A DNA stretch of 64,000 bases from Eledone cirrhosa (GCA_964016885.1 OZ024741.1:218054001-218118000); one strand, 5' to 3'. Positions 30,545 through 44,706 are shown, counted from the stretch's first letter. Notes: generated from the sequence alone by a model not told the origin. Numbers and translations: made by a program.

Positions 30545-30850
30545 TAATGAAGGAATTGTGGTAAGGAACCAGATGGCCCATAACGCACCAAAGTACTCAA
30601 TACTTAGGGTAGTAGAGTGGGTAATAGGAACAAGTATGACCCCGACGGCAGAGCTCAAGCCGTTTCAACGGCTATTTCTGGACTGGAACTGTTTCATTCG
30701 GGAGAAATCATCAGGAAGGCATGATGATTTCTCCCGAATGAAACACATCTAGTCCTGTAGAAGCCTTTTCTATATTAAATATTTATACTCTGCTTTGTGT
30801 TGAGTACGTTACTTACCGTGGTTACCCCCGATTGAACCCGGGATAAACTT
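30545..30850. mobile_element. Head-to-head pLTR-like fragments (family B on -, family A on +) joined at their hammerheads
   Basis: Family B also at 33266-33460, 37141-37299, 59752-59882, 60501-60602; always flanked by (TA)n. Confidence 0.7.
30664..30717 (-). ncRNA. Type I hammerhead ribozyme (family B)
   Basis: ttc-CTGATGA-t ttc tccc gaa t-GAAAcag[loop]ccGTT-gaa; other family B copies read ccGTC; stem III has one mismatch. Confidence 0.55.
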
Positions 30851-30887
30851 ATATATATATATATATATAAATGCATATATATATAGG

Positions 30888-30950
<63 letters not shown>

Positions 30951-31743
30951 CATATATATATGCATATACATATGCATATATATAGGTTTTATATATAGTA
31001 TTACAGAAAATGCACATAGAGAAACAGTTCTAATCGTCTTTCGTATTTCGAAAGAGAAGAAAGCGAACGAAAACAAGATGAAAAAAAAAAAAAATACAAA
31101 CGAAAGACACAGATCTCCAAGTTCTTCAGCCGTCGAGGTGTATTTCTGGAAGTTTCGAACCCTTCCAACGTTACTGCTTGTCCACCCGGGGTCACAGCGT
31201 CTGACACAAGACAAAGCGCTGTCCATAGGTTAAGAGACAAGACAAACAAATAATCTATAGCAATTAAGGTATAACATGTACACATAGATTCTTATGTGAC
31301 GTCAGGGAGAAGGTATTGTAATTTTTATAGCAACGTGAGATCGAAACAAAAGAAATGAAAGAAAAAAGAAAAAAAGGAAATAAAAAAGGCAAAAAGAAGA
31401 AAGTAAGATATCGTGTTAAAAATGTAAACCATTGAAATTATTGGAGGGAGAAGAGAGAACACGTTCGTCACAGATTAATAATACACTTAGGAAAATTAAC
31501 ATAGAGAAGATAAGGAACGAAAACAAGGCAATCGAAAAAAAAATTTTTGAAGGAGAAACCTTAACAATTTTTTTTTGAAGGGGAAATCTTTGAAGAGAAA
31601 TCCTTAAAATAATATTTTTGAAGGGAAAATGTTAAAACATTTAAAAAAGATAAAATTGCAAACTAACGACACAGAACTCCCTACTCCTCACTCTCTGTAT
31701 TAAATGTAACGTGTTACATACTTACTGGATATGGTTTATAATT

Positions 31744-31940
31744 TAGACACAATGTCAGCAATTTTGAAAGGAAGCGTAGCAAACTCGATTATGTCAGCTC
31801 CAATATTTCACTGGTAACTCATTTTATCAACTCTTTTAAGGATGGAAGGTAAAGTTCATTTCCACCGGATTTGAACTCGGAACGTAAAAAGCCGCTAGAA
31901 AATTTGCAAAACATTTCGTCCGACGCTCTAACGATTCTAG
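31744..31940 (-). mobile_element. Diverged tRNA-derived SINE with Nin-like central domain
   Basis: Minus strand: gagttcaaatcc B-box then actttaccttccatcct...gataaaatgagttaccagtg; related copies at 46945-47130, 57105-57225, 57738-58080. Confidence 0.65.
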
Positions 31941-32130
31941 TAAAGGAATCGAACTTTGCAAACGTTACACTAGTAACTTAACTATTAGGCTTTGCTTCTT
32001 AACACACACAGACACACACTCTCCCTCTCTCTCTCACACACACACTCTCACACACAAACTGAGTGCTTTACCACTACGGATATTACCTTCCAGTGTTCTA
32101 CAACTATATATATATAAGTAGAAAGAAATT

Positions 32131-32245
<115 letters not shown>

Positions 32246-32437
32246 ACACACACAAGCACACAAATAAACATATATATCTTTACTTTCTTTATTTCAATAG
32301 AAAATCTGAATTCTGACACCCGAGCGAACTAACCATATTCACTGAACCAGAGCAATTCTCCCATCCCATTTCTCTTGACCATTATCTTTTGCTTATCATA
32401 AAATTCTCTAAAAAGGCTACAGAATAAATTTCCAAAT

Positions 32438-32712
32438 AGGGGCGCGAAATTTAATAAAAACTTGTTCACGTGACGCCCATAATTTCATTTATAACCAATC
32501 AAATTACGTTTATTAAAATAAACCCTTGGTGAACCCCCCTTTTTTTAAGTAAAAAGAAATTCAAACAATCATATATGAAAAAACAACCTGAGCCGCATCC
32601 CCCCCCCCCTGTTTGAGGAACTTTGTAACGCAAACTGGCGCGAAATTTATTATAATTATTGACCAACCACTCAAATTACTTCTCTAAAAACCTGGCGTTT
32701 CGAGCCACTTTT
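32438..32712. promoter_or_regulatory. Candidate promoter with two E2F sites, an E-box and CCAAT
   Basis: ggcgcgaaattt at 32441 and 32637 (TTTCGCGCC on -), tcacgtga at 32466, ccaat at 32495, in non-repetitive sequence. Confidence 0.4.
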
Positions 32713-32943
32713 TTCCATATAAAACAAGTAACATTCAAAGACCAACCAGATGTGAGAAAAACCACAGACCCTCCATCTCAACTCTACTTTTGAAAAGCAG
32801 AAGAACTGCAAAACCGGTAAAAATATATATATTTAAAAAAAAATAAGACTCCAGTTGCATTTTAGATTTCATCTTTTTTTCTTTATACTTTCACTCGTGT
32901 AAAACACCTCTGTTATGTTTCATTTTGTTAAAAAAACTCTCAC

Positions 32944-33058
<115 letters not shown>

Positions 33059-33205
33059 TATACATATATATATACATATATATATACATATATATATATA
33101 CATATATATATACATATATATACATATATATTTATATACATATATATATACATATATATATATATACATATATATATATACATATATATATACATATATA
33201 TATAC

Positions 33206-33267
<62 letters not shown>

Positions 33268-33459
33268 CGAAGGAAATGTGGTAAGGAACCAGATGGACCA
33301 TAACGCACCAAAGTACCCAATACTTAGGGTAGTAGAGTGGGTAATAGGAACAAGTATGACCCCGACGGCAGAGCTCAAGCAGTTTCGACGGCTAATTCTG
33401 GACTAATTCAGTCCAGAATTAGCCGGCTTGAGCTCTGCCGTCGAGGTCATACTTGTTCC

Positions 33460-33611
<152 letters not shown>

Positions 33612-33763
33612 TATATACATATATATATACATATATACATATATATATACATATATATATAAATATACATATATATATATATTATATATATATACATATA
33701 TATATGTATATATATATATATATATACATACTTATATATATCTACATATATACACACACATAT

Positions 33764-33812
<49 letters not shown>

Positions 33813-33827
33813 CTTATATATATCTAC

Positions 33828-33861
<34 letters not shown>

Positions 33862-33904
33862 ATATTTAAAATATACATATATATTCATATATATATATAT
33901 ATAC

Positions 33905-34077
<173 letters not shown>

Positions 34078-34090
34078 CATATATATATAC

Positions 34091-34166
<76 letters not shown>

Positions 34167-34168
<2 letters not shown>

Positions 34169-34776
34169 GGTGGCTGCCAACTCGTTTTCGAGTACGGCCA
34201 CTACTTTATATCCATCTAGGAGAACCCCTACCGATGCGCTGAACGAGTGTGACTTTTTAGTCCAGCCAGCGACTTGAAAACTCTGGTACAAACACTACAC
34301 TTGTGACAATTATTGACACATAGTGCTTTACCTTTGGTACCATGTGACGACAAGTGCAGAGAGATCTCCAGATACAAAGCAATGCCTGTGCTGTGAAGCT
34401 TTTATAGTGAGCAAAGGCACTGCACAAAGCCAGTCCCACTCTCTTAACCAAGATGATATTTACCAAAAAGAAGAACAAGTCAACATCATTGGATACCATC
34501 AGGGTTGCAGGTGTTATATCAGAGTTTTCCTTCTCCTAGAATTCTGCCTTGACAAAGGCTAAGGGGTCATCTCTCCCGGTGATTTTGGATGGCCATTGAC
34601 TCTTAAGAGCTCCTTTGCCCTTTGACAGGTTTTGTTTTTAGTCCTGCAGGATGTCCAAAGTCACCCTCCTCACCAAGAAACCTTGGTGGGGTTGCCAGTT
34701 TAGTCGCCAACGACCCGACCATGAGACAGGTTGTACTGGGATACATGTTACCAGTAGCACCAAGTGGTGACCTGAC
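34167..34776 (-). mobile_element. Non-autonomous RTE-derived retroelement, copy 5 (full length, 610 bp)
   Basis: Reverse complement of the family; inside (TA)n. Confidence 0.85.
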
Positions 34777-34903
34777 ATATCATATATATATGCATATATA
34801 TATACATATATATATATATAAACATATATATATACATATATACACATATATATATATATACATATATATATATACATATATATATATACATATATATATA
34901 TAC

Positions 34904-35039
<136 letters not shown>

Positions 35040-35328
35040 AAATAACGAAACGAAATTAAATTTCGCTTCGTTTGTAACTCACTTTTGTATGACTGACGCT
35101 TAAACAATTAAGTTAAAAAATGTACATCCACATATGTATACTGAAATACTAGTATGCATATGAATACACATACGTATACATATGTAGATGTACCGAGTTT
35201 TTCACTGGTCACTTTACTGTGAGTGTCCAGCTATTCTGTATGTAAACACACAGACAAACCGGTTTTTAGAGTCATACTGGTTTTTGAGGAAACACCTTTC
35301 CTCTATTCTCCAGAAAGCCAGACAAGGA

Positions 35329-35371
35329 ATATTGAACTAGTTTCGTTGTTGTTACAACTCATCAGCAATAT
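35329..35371 (-). ncRNA. Minimal type I hammerhead ribozyme
   Basis: Reverse complement of 35412-35454. Confidence 0.88.
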
Positions 35372-35411
35372 TTACCTATCTTCCGGCCTTTCTAGAGAAT
35401 CGTAAAAGCAC

Positions 35412-35454
35412 ATATTGCTGATGAGTTGTAACAACAACGAAACTAGTTCAATAT
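35412..35454 (+). ncRNA. Minimal type I hammerhead ribozyme
   Basis: atattg-CTGATGA-gttgt aaca acaac-GAAAc ta GTT-caatat; palindromic stem III aactagtt. Confidence 0.9.
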
Positions 35455-35878
35455 TCCTTGTCTGGCTTTCTGGAGAATAGAGGAAAGGTGTTTCCTCAAA
35501 AACCAGTATGACTCTAAAAATCGGTTTGTCTGTGTGTTTACATACAGAATAGCTGGACACTCACAGTAAAGTGACCAGTGAAAAACTCGGTACATCTACA
35601 TATGTATACGTATGTGTATTCATATGCATACTAGTATTTCAGTATACATATGTGGATGTACATTTTTTAACTTAATTGTTTAAGCGTCAGTCATACAAAA
35701 GTGAGTTACAAACGAAGCGAAATTTAATTTCGTTTCGTTATTTGTTTTTATCGTCTCCGTTGAACCGGTACGTACTCACGCTCTATGCAAATTAGTCTGC
35801 CCACTACTAATTTTCATAGAAAAAGCATATAACGATATGTGCTTTTACGATTCTCTAGAAAGGCCGGAAGATAGGTAA

Positions 35879-35921
35879 ATATTGCTGATGAGTTGTAACA
35901 ACAACGAAACTAGTTCAATAT
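35879..35921 (+). ncRNA. Minimal type I hammerhead ribozyme
   Basis: Identical to 35412-35454, 467 bp downstream. Confidence 0.9.
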
Positions 35922-36143
35922 TCCTTGTCTGGCTTTCTAGAGAATAGAGGAAAGGTGTTTCCTCAAAAACCAGTATGACTCTAAAAACCGGTTTGTCTGT
36001 GTGTTTACATACAGAATAGCTGGACACTCACAGTAAAGTGACCAGTGAAAAACTCGGTACATCTACATATGTATACGTGTGTGTATTCATATGCATACTA
36101 GTATTTCAGTATACATATGTGGATGTACATTTTTTAACTTAAT

Positions 36144-36230
<87 letters not shown>

Positions 36231-36277
36231 ACTTATATATATATACATATATATATATTCATATATAAATATATATA

Positions 36278-36910
36278 TATTCATTAGTTAAGCAAAACAA
36301 GACCACAAACTTCACAAGGAAGACATTATTAAAAGATTGTCAACATATTTTAGTTTGATGTAAGGAATGTAGAGAATAATAATAATATTAATAATAATAA
36401 TGTCCGTTTACAATTGTTTCGTTACTCCATATAATTATTCTTGATCAGATGACTATATATCATAATTGATCTGGTTCAGTTGAAAATAATTAACATGGCT
36501 CATCGGAACTTCAAAGGAATATAAATTAAAATAAGGGGATAATGTTATATAATATAATGTTCCATATATTGGTTTTTACTATGGTGTTTTGGTTGCATCA
36601 GCTGTCAGCCATAATCAAGCACTATTTATCTGTCGAGGCTGCATTGTGTGAGATCTGCCTATGGGTAACAAGATCTGTTTTTTAAATATGTTAATTATTT
36701 TCAACTGAACCAGATCAATTATGATATATAGTCATCTGATCCAGAAATAATATATGGAGTAGCGAAACAATTGTAAACGGACATTATTATTATTAATATT
36801 ATTATTATTATTCTCTACATTCCTTACATCAAACTAAAATATGTTGACAATCTTTTAATAATGCCTTCCTTGTCAAATTTGTGGTCTTGTTTTGCTTAAC
36901 TAATGAATAT
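36278..36910. mobile_element. Inverted-repeat pLTR-like element (~220-bp arms) with variant hammerhead at 36406-36509 (-)
   Basis: Arms ~36278-36496/36687-36910; minus strand gtt-CCGATGA-gc[long hairpin]-GAAAc aatt GTA-aac. Confidence 0.65.
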
Positions 36911-37090
36911 TTCCAGCTCTGCACACCTAACTTCTGCATGAACCCAGCCACCTAGCTGCTTTCTACTGCATATTGCACATTGAGCACATACCTTTACGCT
37001 TTGGCTTCTAACTAACTCACCAATCTCTCCTCTCATATCTCCTCTACTATCTCCATCTCTCTCTTTAAGATTGGTTACTCTTGAACTGTG

Positions 37091-37143
<53 letters not shown>

Positions 37144-37882
37144 CGAAGGAAATGTGGTAAGGAACCAGATGGACTACAGCGCCCCAAAGTACTCAATACT
37201 TAGGGCAGTAGAGTGGGTAATAGGAACAAGTATGAGCCCGACGGCAGAGCTCAAGCCGTTTCGACGGCTAATTCTGGACTAATTCAGTCCAGAATTAGCA
37301 ATTTAATTCTCTTTAACTCACTACATTCCACGACATGAAGTCTACATATCAAAACTGATCAAGGAATCCTTCCACCTCTACCCATCCCTCCATCTCAGTT
37401 TGTCACTCTACTTCCTAACTCTTTCCCCTTCCTCTCTCTCTATACTATTTCATTTGTCCCCTCACCTTCTGATTCCTCTCTCTCTATACTAGTAAATACA
37501 ATTCCAAATAAATATTTTTCTCTATATATTAAGAACTATTTCAAGAGTAACTTACTCACTATTTTGAAAATTTGGACTGTGAACAACAATTATAATTGAG
37601 TGACTGCTATTTGCAGTATAGCAATATAAGGTTGCACTTACCAATGAAACGGTCGTAAATACCTGGATAAAATCCTTCTCTTAATGCTTACCTGTGTTTT
37701 CTCTTTTATACTTTATACTCCAAGATTGAACGGAATTCTTACAAACGTGTGGAGTTACCCCTAACCGTACGTTGAAACCATCCATGAAACTGGCTTTTTT
37801 AACCACGAACTGGATCACAAAAAGGAATTTTCTGCTTCCCTAACTATATATATATATGGATATAACTATTATTTGTTACCCC

Positions 37883-37928
<46 letters not shown>

Positions 37929-38205
37929 TAAAAAATGTCTTTAGAATCACTAGATAAAATATATACCATTTCCTCTCCCAATTAGCATAATTAACCATAT
38001 AAAAATCAATTAGACCAAGCTATAAGAATAAAGGCTCCTATGAAGAAATCTCCGACAAATAACCGAATGCAGCCCCTTCGCGGCGGCTACGACGGAGTAT
38101 TTATCGAACATTTCGACAGCATGTAGACATCGACCAGATATACAGTCAACCAAACACAATTAGGTGTAAAATAAACTTAGAAGAAATGTGTACATATTTA
38201 ATTAC

Positions 38206-38279
38206 CTCTACCATGGTTTCATCTGTATTTTAAGACATCCGATAACAGGGAATGTCCACAGCTTCGGGTTCATCAGGAG
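38206..38279 (-). ncRNA. Type I hammerhead ribozyme with extended stem II (base of stem II degenerate)
   Basis: ctc-CTGATGA-[49 nt incl. ggacattc/ggatgtct hairpin]-GAAAc catg GTA-gag. Confidence 0.6.
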
Positions 38280-38860
38280 TGAGCTCAAAATTAGACAATT
38301 AATTTTCCAAAGTGATCGCGCCAAAAATACATTAAAAAATGGCTAAGAATCGTGATGTGGCAGCGGTCAAGTTAGAAAGGATGTGATTAGTGGCTTATGG
38401 CGGGTAGGCTTATTGCTAGAAAGCGCAGCCCAATATAGCCAATTTGTATCTCAACCTAACGGGAGATTATTACATATAAAGGTTTACATATATATAAATT
38501 CATAGATATATATGTGTTTTGCAACGGGTCACGTTGTGGCTCAATGAAGAATTAATAAATTAAATAATCAGAACTATATATCATAAAACATGTCTTTAGA
38601 ATCACTAGATAAAATATATACCATTTCCTCTCCCAATTAGCATAATTAACCATTTAAAAATCAATTAGACCAAGCTATAAGAATAAAGGCTCCTATGAAG
38701 AAATCTCCGACAAACAACCGAAAGCAGCCCCTTCGCGGCGGCTACGACGGAGTATTTATCGAACATTTCGACAGCATGTAGACATCGACCAGATATACAG
38801 TCAACCAAACACAATTAGGTGTAAAATACTCTTAGAAGAAATGTGTACATATTTAATTAC

Positions 38861-38934
38861 CTCTACCATGGTTTCATTCGTATTTTAAGACATCCGATAA
38901 CAGGGAATGTCCACAGCTTCGGATTCATCAGGAG
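38861..38934 (-). ncRNA. Type I hammerhead ribozyme with extended stem II
   Basis: ctc-CTGATGA-atccg[..]cgaat-GAAAc catg GTA-gag; palindromic stem III accatggt. Confidence 0.7.
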
Positions 38935-39478
38935 TGAGCTCAAAATTAGACAATTAATTTTTCAAAGTGATCGCGCCAAAAATACATTAAAAAATGGCTA
39001 AGAATCGTGATGTGGCAGCGGTCAAGTTAGAAAGGATGTGATTAGTTGCTTATGGCGGGTAGGCTTATTGCTAGAAAACGCAGCCCAATATAGCCAATTA
39101 ATATCTCAACATAACGGGAGATTATTAAGGTTTACATATATATAAAGTTTTACATACATATAAAGGTTTACATATATAAAGTCATAGATATATATGTGTT
39201 TTGCAACGGGTCACGTTGTGGCTCAATGAAGAATTAATAAATTAAATAATCAGAGCTATAATTCATAAAACATGTCTTTAGAATTACTAGATAAAATATA
39301 TACCATTTTCTCTCCCAATTAGCATAATTAACCATATAAAAATCAATTAGACCAAGCTATAAGAATAAAGGCTCCTATGAAGAAATCTCTGATTATTTAA
39401 TTTATTAATTCTTCATTGAGCCACAACGTGACCTGTTGCAAAACACATATATATCTATGACTTTATATATATGTAAAC

Positions 39479-39532
<54 letters not shown>

Positions 39533-39536
<4 letters not shown>

Positions 39537-40116
39537 TGGCTGCCAACTCGTTTTCGAGTACGGCCACTACTTTATATCCATGTAGGAGAACCCCTACCGA
39601 TGCGCTGAACGAGTGTGACTTTTTAGTCCAGCCAGCGACTTGAAAACTCTGGTACAAACACTACACTTGTGAGAATTATTGACACATAGTGCTGGGCCCA
39701 TGGTACCATGTGATGAGAAGTGCAGAGAGATCTCCAGATATAAAGCAATGTCTGTGCCGTGAAGCTTTTATAGTGAGCAAAGGCACTGCACAAAGCCAGT
39801 CCCATTCTCTTAACCAAGATGATATTTACCAAAAAGAACAAGTCAACATCATTGGATACCATCAGAGTTGCAGGTATTATATCAGAGTTTTCCTTCTCCA
39901 AGAATTCTGCCTTGACAAAGGCTAAGGGGTCATCTCTCCCGGTGATTTTGGATGGCCATTGACTCTTAATAGCTCCTTTGCCCTTTGACAGGTTTTGTTT
40001 TTAGCCCTGCAGGATGTCCAAAGTCACCCTCCTCACCAAGAAACCTTGGTGGGGTTGCCAGTTTAGTCGCCAACGACCCGACTATGAGACAGGTTGTACT
40101 GGGATACATGTTACCA
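39533..40116 (-). mobile_element. Non-autonomous RTE-derived retroelement, copy 6
   Basis: Reverse complement of the family. Confidence 0.85.
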
Positions 40117-40127
40117 TATACATATAT

Positions 40128-40208
<81 letters not shown>

Positions 40209-40457
40209 TAAATATATCCTTTTTTTCCTATCTTTGGTTTGCTTTTATCCTTCTATGTTGTTTACTTGTCCCCCTCGCTTTACGCGATTTACTGGTCCCA
40301 ATACCTTTTTTTATTATTGCTCGCACCAACCTAAGGTATATGATTTTTAATGCGATGAAATACCAATGATGTTGGAAAATCATTGACGAAGGACTATTTT
40401 TATCATATGTAACCCATGTGCAACCACGCAGTATTCTTCTTTCTTCTCATGTTTTTT

Positions 40458-40517
<60 letters not shown>

Positions 40518-40539
40518 TATACTATAAAGTATGTCTATA

Positions 40540-40905
40540 GAATCATTTGATAATATATATACACCATTTCCTTTCTCAATTAGCCTAATCAACCACACAA
40601 AAAACCAATTAAACCAGTCTATAAGATTAAAAGGAGGCACCTATGAAGAAATAGTAGATAAATAACCGACAGCAATCTATTCGCGATCAACCGCTATCGA
40701 ATATTTACCCAACATTTCAATAGCACGTGGAAATCGATTAAATATACCGTCAACCATACAAAATTAGGTATAAAATTAAAGTTAGAAGAAAAAATGCATA
40801 GACACATACCAGGATTACGTTTCTACCCTTAGGGTTTCATTCGCTTTCGGAAATATTCTATCAAGCTCGAGAATTTATCCTTGATAGGATATTTCCGAAA
40901 GCGAA
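40540..40905 (-). mobile_element. Diverged relative of the 655-bp unit; retains only the 3' half of the hammerhead and ends in a 26-bp inverted repeat
   Basis: Colinear similarity to 37960-38220; minus strand cgaat-GAAAccc taa ggGTA-gaa; IR ~40840-40866/40880-40905. Confidence 0.65.
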
Positions 40906-40909
40906 CGAA

Positions 40910-43000
40910 AGTTACATTTTCTGTGTATGTGAGTCTGCGGCACAGGAGATGTTTGGTTTTCCGTGCGTTCCAGATTTGGCAACCGTACATCAGATGTGTG
41001 GATAGTATTGCTGGGTGACGCCGTATCAGGTCCATCTAGTGGTTGCCGGTGCCGCAGCTGCAATGGTATCGAAACCCTTTCTAATTTTTTTTTGTTCGTT
41101 ATGGCTAGGTGACGAGCTAGATTTGGAGTAGTGGAGAATGATAGCTTGATTGTGTTTTTATTAATGATACTATGGTATTTACTACTGGGGGGGGGGGGGG
41201 GGTTCCAAGATCGAGAAGAATGCCTTTGGTATATTGGTTGATACCTCCGAGTTGTAAGGTGGATTAAAGTAGAAATTAGATCTTCGTCTATTTTTCTTAT
41301 TTTTCGTACTAGGGGAAGAGTTGGCGCTGGGCATAGACAAACCATCTTCCGTGGGAGAGAGAACCTGGGGTGGTAACCTTACCCGGAGGGGTTCACAGGC
41401 TTCCCTGTCTTTCCCATTGCACTTCAATTTTCTAGCTTTTATCCTAGTGTTACTGTTATTGCCATACCGATGAGGCGTGTTAAATGGAGTCCCTTGGGGT
41501 TGGTCAGAGCCGCCTACAGTACCCGTGTAGTTCCTATTTTTGTGTCCGCTTCTATTAGGCAATGCCATATTGTGTGTGATTACATTATATTTTCCGGCCC
41601 TGGTGGTTTGGGCGTTGTTATGTATGTAGTATATTTTTTCTCTAAAACTGGACTTTGCTAGTGCTTTATTATAGTACCTTGCATTAGACCTAAATGCATG
41701 CTCATTATGTGATAGTCTGCTAATCCTGTTAGATACCCCTTTAATTATGGCATTTAGGACGGGTCTAGTGTGGTTGGAATTTGCATTCACGTATGTTAAT
41801 GTTTCATCTGGCTTGTGATAGGGTGAGAAGTATTTATTTTCCAAGTGCAGGGTTACGTCTAGAAAGTTAACCGTTTTATTATTTATGTCTATCGTTATGC
41901 TAAGGTTAAAGCTTTTGAAGAATTTATGTAGTTTTTTTCTCGTCCTTTCTATATTATGTTTTTTATATTCAATAGTGAACAGGGCGTCGTCACGGTATAG
42001 CCCACCTTTGAAATGCGGGAATGTTTTATGCAGTTCATGGAGGAGGTAAAGTCCAACCAAGTCAGTGATCTGCGCCGAATCGCTGGACCCCATTGTGACA
42101 TCAAAATTATTCGGCCTGTTCTTCCGGGTCCAAAGTTGGTCTTCGAAGAGGATGATAGTTCTCCGGGCAGCAAGGATGGATGATGTCAATTTGGGATCTA
42201 GTCAGGTCACTATTTTGCATAGTTAATATAAGGGCCTTATTTAGAAGGATGGGAGAGATCGAGGTATAGTATGAGTTGATATCGAATTGGATGAACTTCA
42301 GGGACTTATGGTTACTAATGCTTGAGAACCATTTAATGACCTCCTCAGTATTCCACCATAGGTCAAGGTAAATTTTACTTCGTATAACAGGGATGACGGC
42401 GCCCAATATTTTCTTACTTATTATCCCTAAGTCAGACTTAGAGGGGCTAATGAGCCTAATTGAAGGGTTACTAAGGAAGTCCTCTTTGTGATCCTTCAGT
42501 GTGAATCTGGGTTGCTTAGGGGTGAAAGGCTGGGTGTACCTTTCCAGGTTCAGCATCTTAACTATTTCGAGCCCTTTCTTATTTATCTCGTCTAGGTTTC
42601 CATAGGTAGTTTTCTTATAATTTCTGTGGAGTTCCCTGTATATGAAGTTTCTGTAAGTCTTGTAGTCCAAGTTATATACATTTTTTGTTTTATCTGAGGG
42701 GACGAGAATGTTAGCATTTTCCTCGAAGCCCTTAATAATAGAGCTAAGATCTCTACGGAAAGGGTTGTTTCTATGGCTTTTAGTCCTATATCTAATACTC
42801 TTCACTAGGTTTAGAAGGTCGCTTTCAAAGCCATTCAGACCACTATTGTGCGGTTGGCTCTTTTATGTCTTGAATCCATACCTATTTACCTGGGTTGTTT
42901 GGTGAGGGTTATCCCGGTTGCTATCGTAGTGGAAAGCATATCGTTGGATATCAAATGAATCCGCCCTTTATGACGCGAATTGCCTCCCATACCTTTCATA
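40910..43000 (-). pseudogene. Penelope-like element (Naiad-type) reverse transcriptase, frameshifted and truncated before GIY-YIG
   Basis: YGFKT*..FESDL, LKDHKEDF..RLISPSKSDLG, FIQFDINSYYTSI, FDVTMGSSDSAQITDLVGLYLL, GLYRDDAL, VNFLDVTL, YHKPDETLTYVNANSNH, FNPPYNSEVSTNI, INKNTIKLSFS; ends at RKCN. Confidence 0.88.
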
Positions 43001-44365
43001 CGTACACTACGACTTCCCGTGTTTATATTCAGAATACCGTTGTGTGTCAATAGCGAGAGACGAATCTTTGAAACTTGGAGTTAGTTGAATGTGAATTCTG
43101 TTCCAGCTTTGATGAATTATAGAACCACACTCAAGGCAAAGTGCAGCACTGGATATTGAACTCCCGCCGACCCAGGAGGGGTCACACCCGACTGTGAATG
43201 GATTGCACACTTCGGGATTAATAATCTAAACGAAAACCACGTGGCGGAAATATAAATAACATAGCTGTCATAGACAGGTTTGGTTGTGAGTTGTCCCTTC
43301 TATATATATCTATATATTCTACAGAAATTTGCACTCACTATAATAAACCCGCCTATTATTATAACAATATCTGCTCATTCTGCCATATGTGATTCTGGAA
43401 GCGGAGTTTCCTGTATACACTTTTTCACTGTATGTAACGGGATTGCCATCACGATTTGTATTTGTTGTGGTACAGTTGTATGCGGTGCGGTACATTGGTT
43501 GAACGCCAACTTGGACATATAGTGAATTTCACCTGGCACGTTGTATTGAGTGACCGAATGTTTTCCATTTCCTCACATCTGTGCCGGTTGTATATGTGCC
43601 ATACATTTCTTTAACTCATTGTACCTTCTTTTATTTTTTATTGTAAATTTTAGGTGTATATCCCAGACCGCCTATGGTGATAAATCCCCTGGGTATAGGT
43701 TTTGGAAAAATAGTGTTATCTCACTTGCAGTTCGGAACTGGACATATCGATGTGGTTCGTAGGGTGCGGATATGATAAGGAGAATCGACCTATTACAAGG
43801 CGATATAATTGGAATACACCATCCCTCATATGGACTATCATACATGTAAGGCTGCACCACTGCTAACCAACAATTCTTTTCACAGACTCATGCTTACAAA
43901 CTCTCTTGATCTGCCTGTACACCCTCTTTTTGCACTGCTTGTGCTTTGATGCATCTATGCTTGCTTTGTCTTATATATTTTTTTGGGGGGGGGTTTCCGG
44001 GCTTTTTGTTCCTTTATTGTTTTGTATTTTTGTATTTATCTCTTTTCTTATCCCTGTATTTTTGTACTTTTTTATTATTTTTTTTATTATTTTCTTATTG
44101 TTTCTGATCATGCTGAGTAATACCCTCACTCATCCCTTGCTACCCTCTCCCAACCTCTTTATCATCTATTGCACCATCTAAGTGAAACATTTTTGGTGTA
44201 ATGTTTTATTTTTAAATTTTTAAGACATTTTATGACATTATGTGCATCATGTATTCTGTCTTTTTCCATATAGCGATGGCCTCAGGACCCCTTGCTGGTC
44301 CTTTAACCTTGTTCTGGTGACGCAGCTCGATGGAGCATGCAACTACTGATATACTCATGTTTATA

Positions 44366-44412
44366 GGCTCTGAAGATTCCTGCCATGGTGTATGGATGAA
44401 ACACTGTTAGCT
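44366..44412 (+). ncRNA. Type I hammerhead ribozyme in a probable inverted pLTR upstream of the Naiad RT
   Basis: ggct-CTGAAGA-t tcc[13 nt]gga t-GAAAc act GTT-agct, followed immediately by aataaa. Confidence 0.7.
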
Positions 44413-44672
44413 AATAAAACAATGTATTTCTAAGCACTCTTTGGTTATTCCTATGACTATAACGGCTCTGTAGTATACTAGTTATCCTACATTGAGTTAA
44501 AACCACACTGTCATACCAAGGGCAATATATCTACATGTCTGGGCATATTGATATATTTGTCAACGAAATATATATATATATATATATATATATATCTTTC
44601 ACCGTATTTTTAACTAAAGCTATATATTTTCTAATTTTAAACTCGCTCACTGTTTCAAAACATACTTACTTG

Positions 44673-44706
<34 letters not shown>

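Larger units (their letters stand above)
37926..39485 (-). mobile_element. Tandem 655/682-bp hammerhead-bearing unit (2.2 copies) with terminal inversion
   Basis: Unit starts at 37926, 38581, 39263; 39388-39485 is the reverse complement of ~39165-39255. Confidence 0.8.

Noticed and set aside
31110-31230. Hairpin-rich segment as a ribozyme or PLE terminus
   Set aside because: Hairpins present (ggaag/cttcc, cagcg/cgctg) but the catalytic core elements are not in the right order
42860-42870. Selenocysteine readthrough in the Naiad ORF
   Set aside because: The in-frame stop after YGFKT is TAA, not TGA, and not at a Cys position
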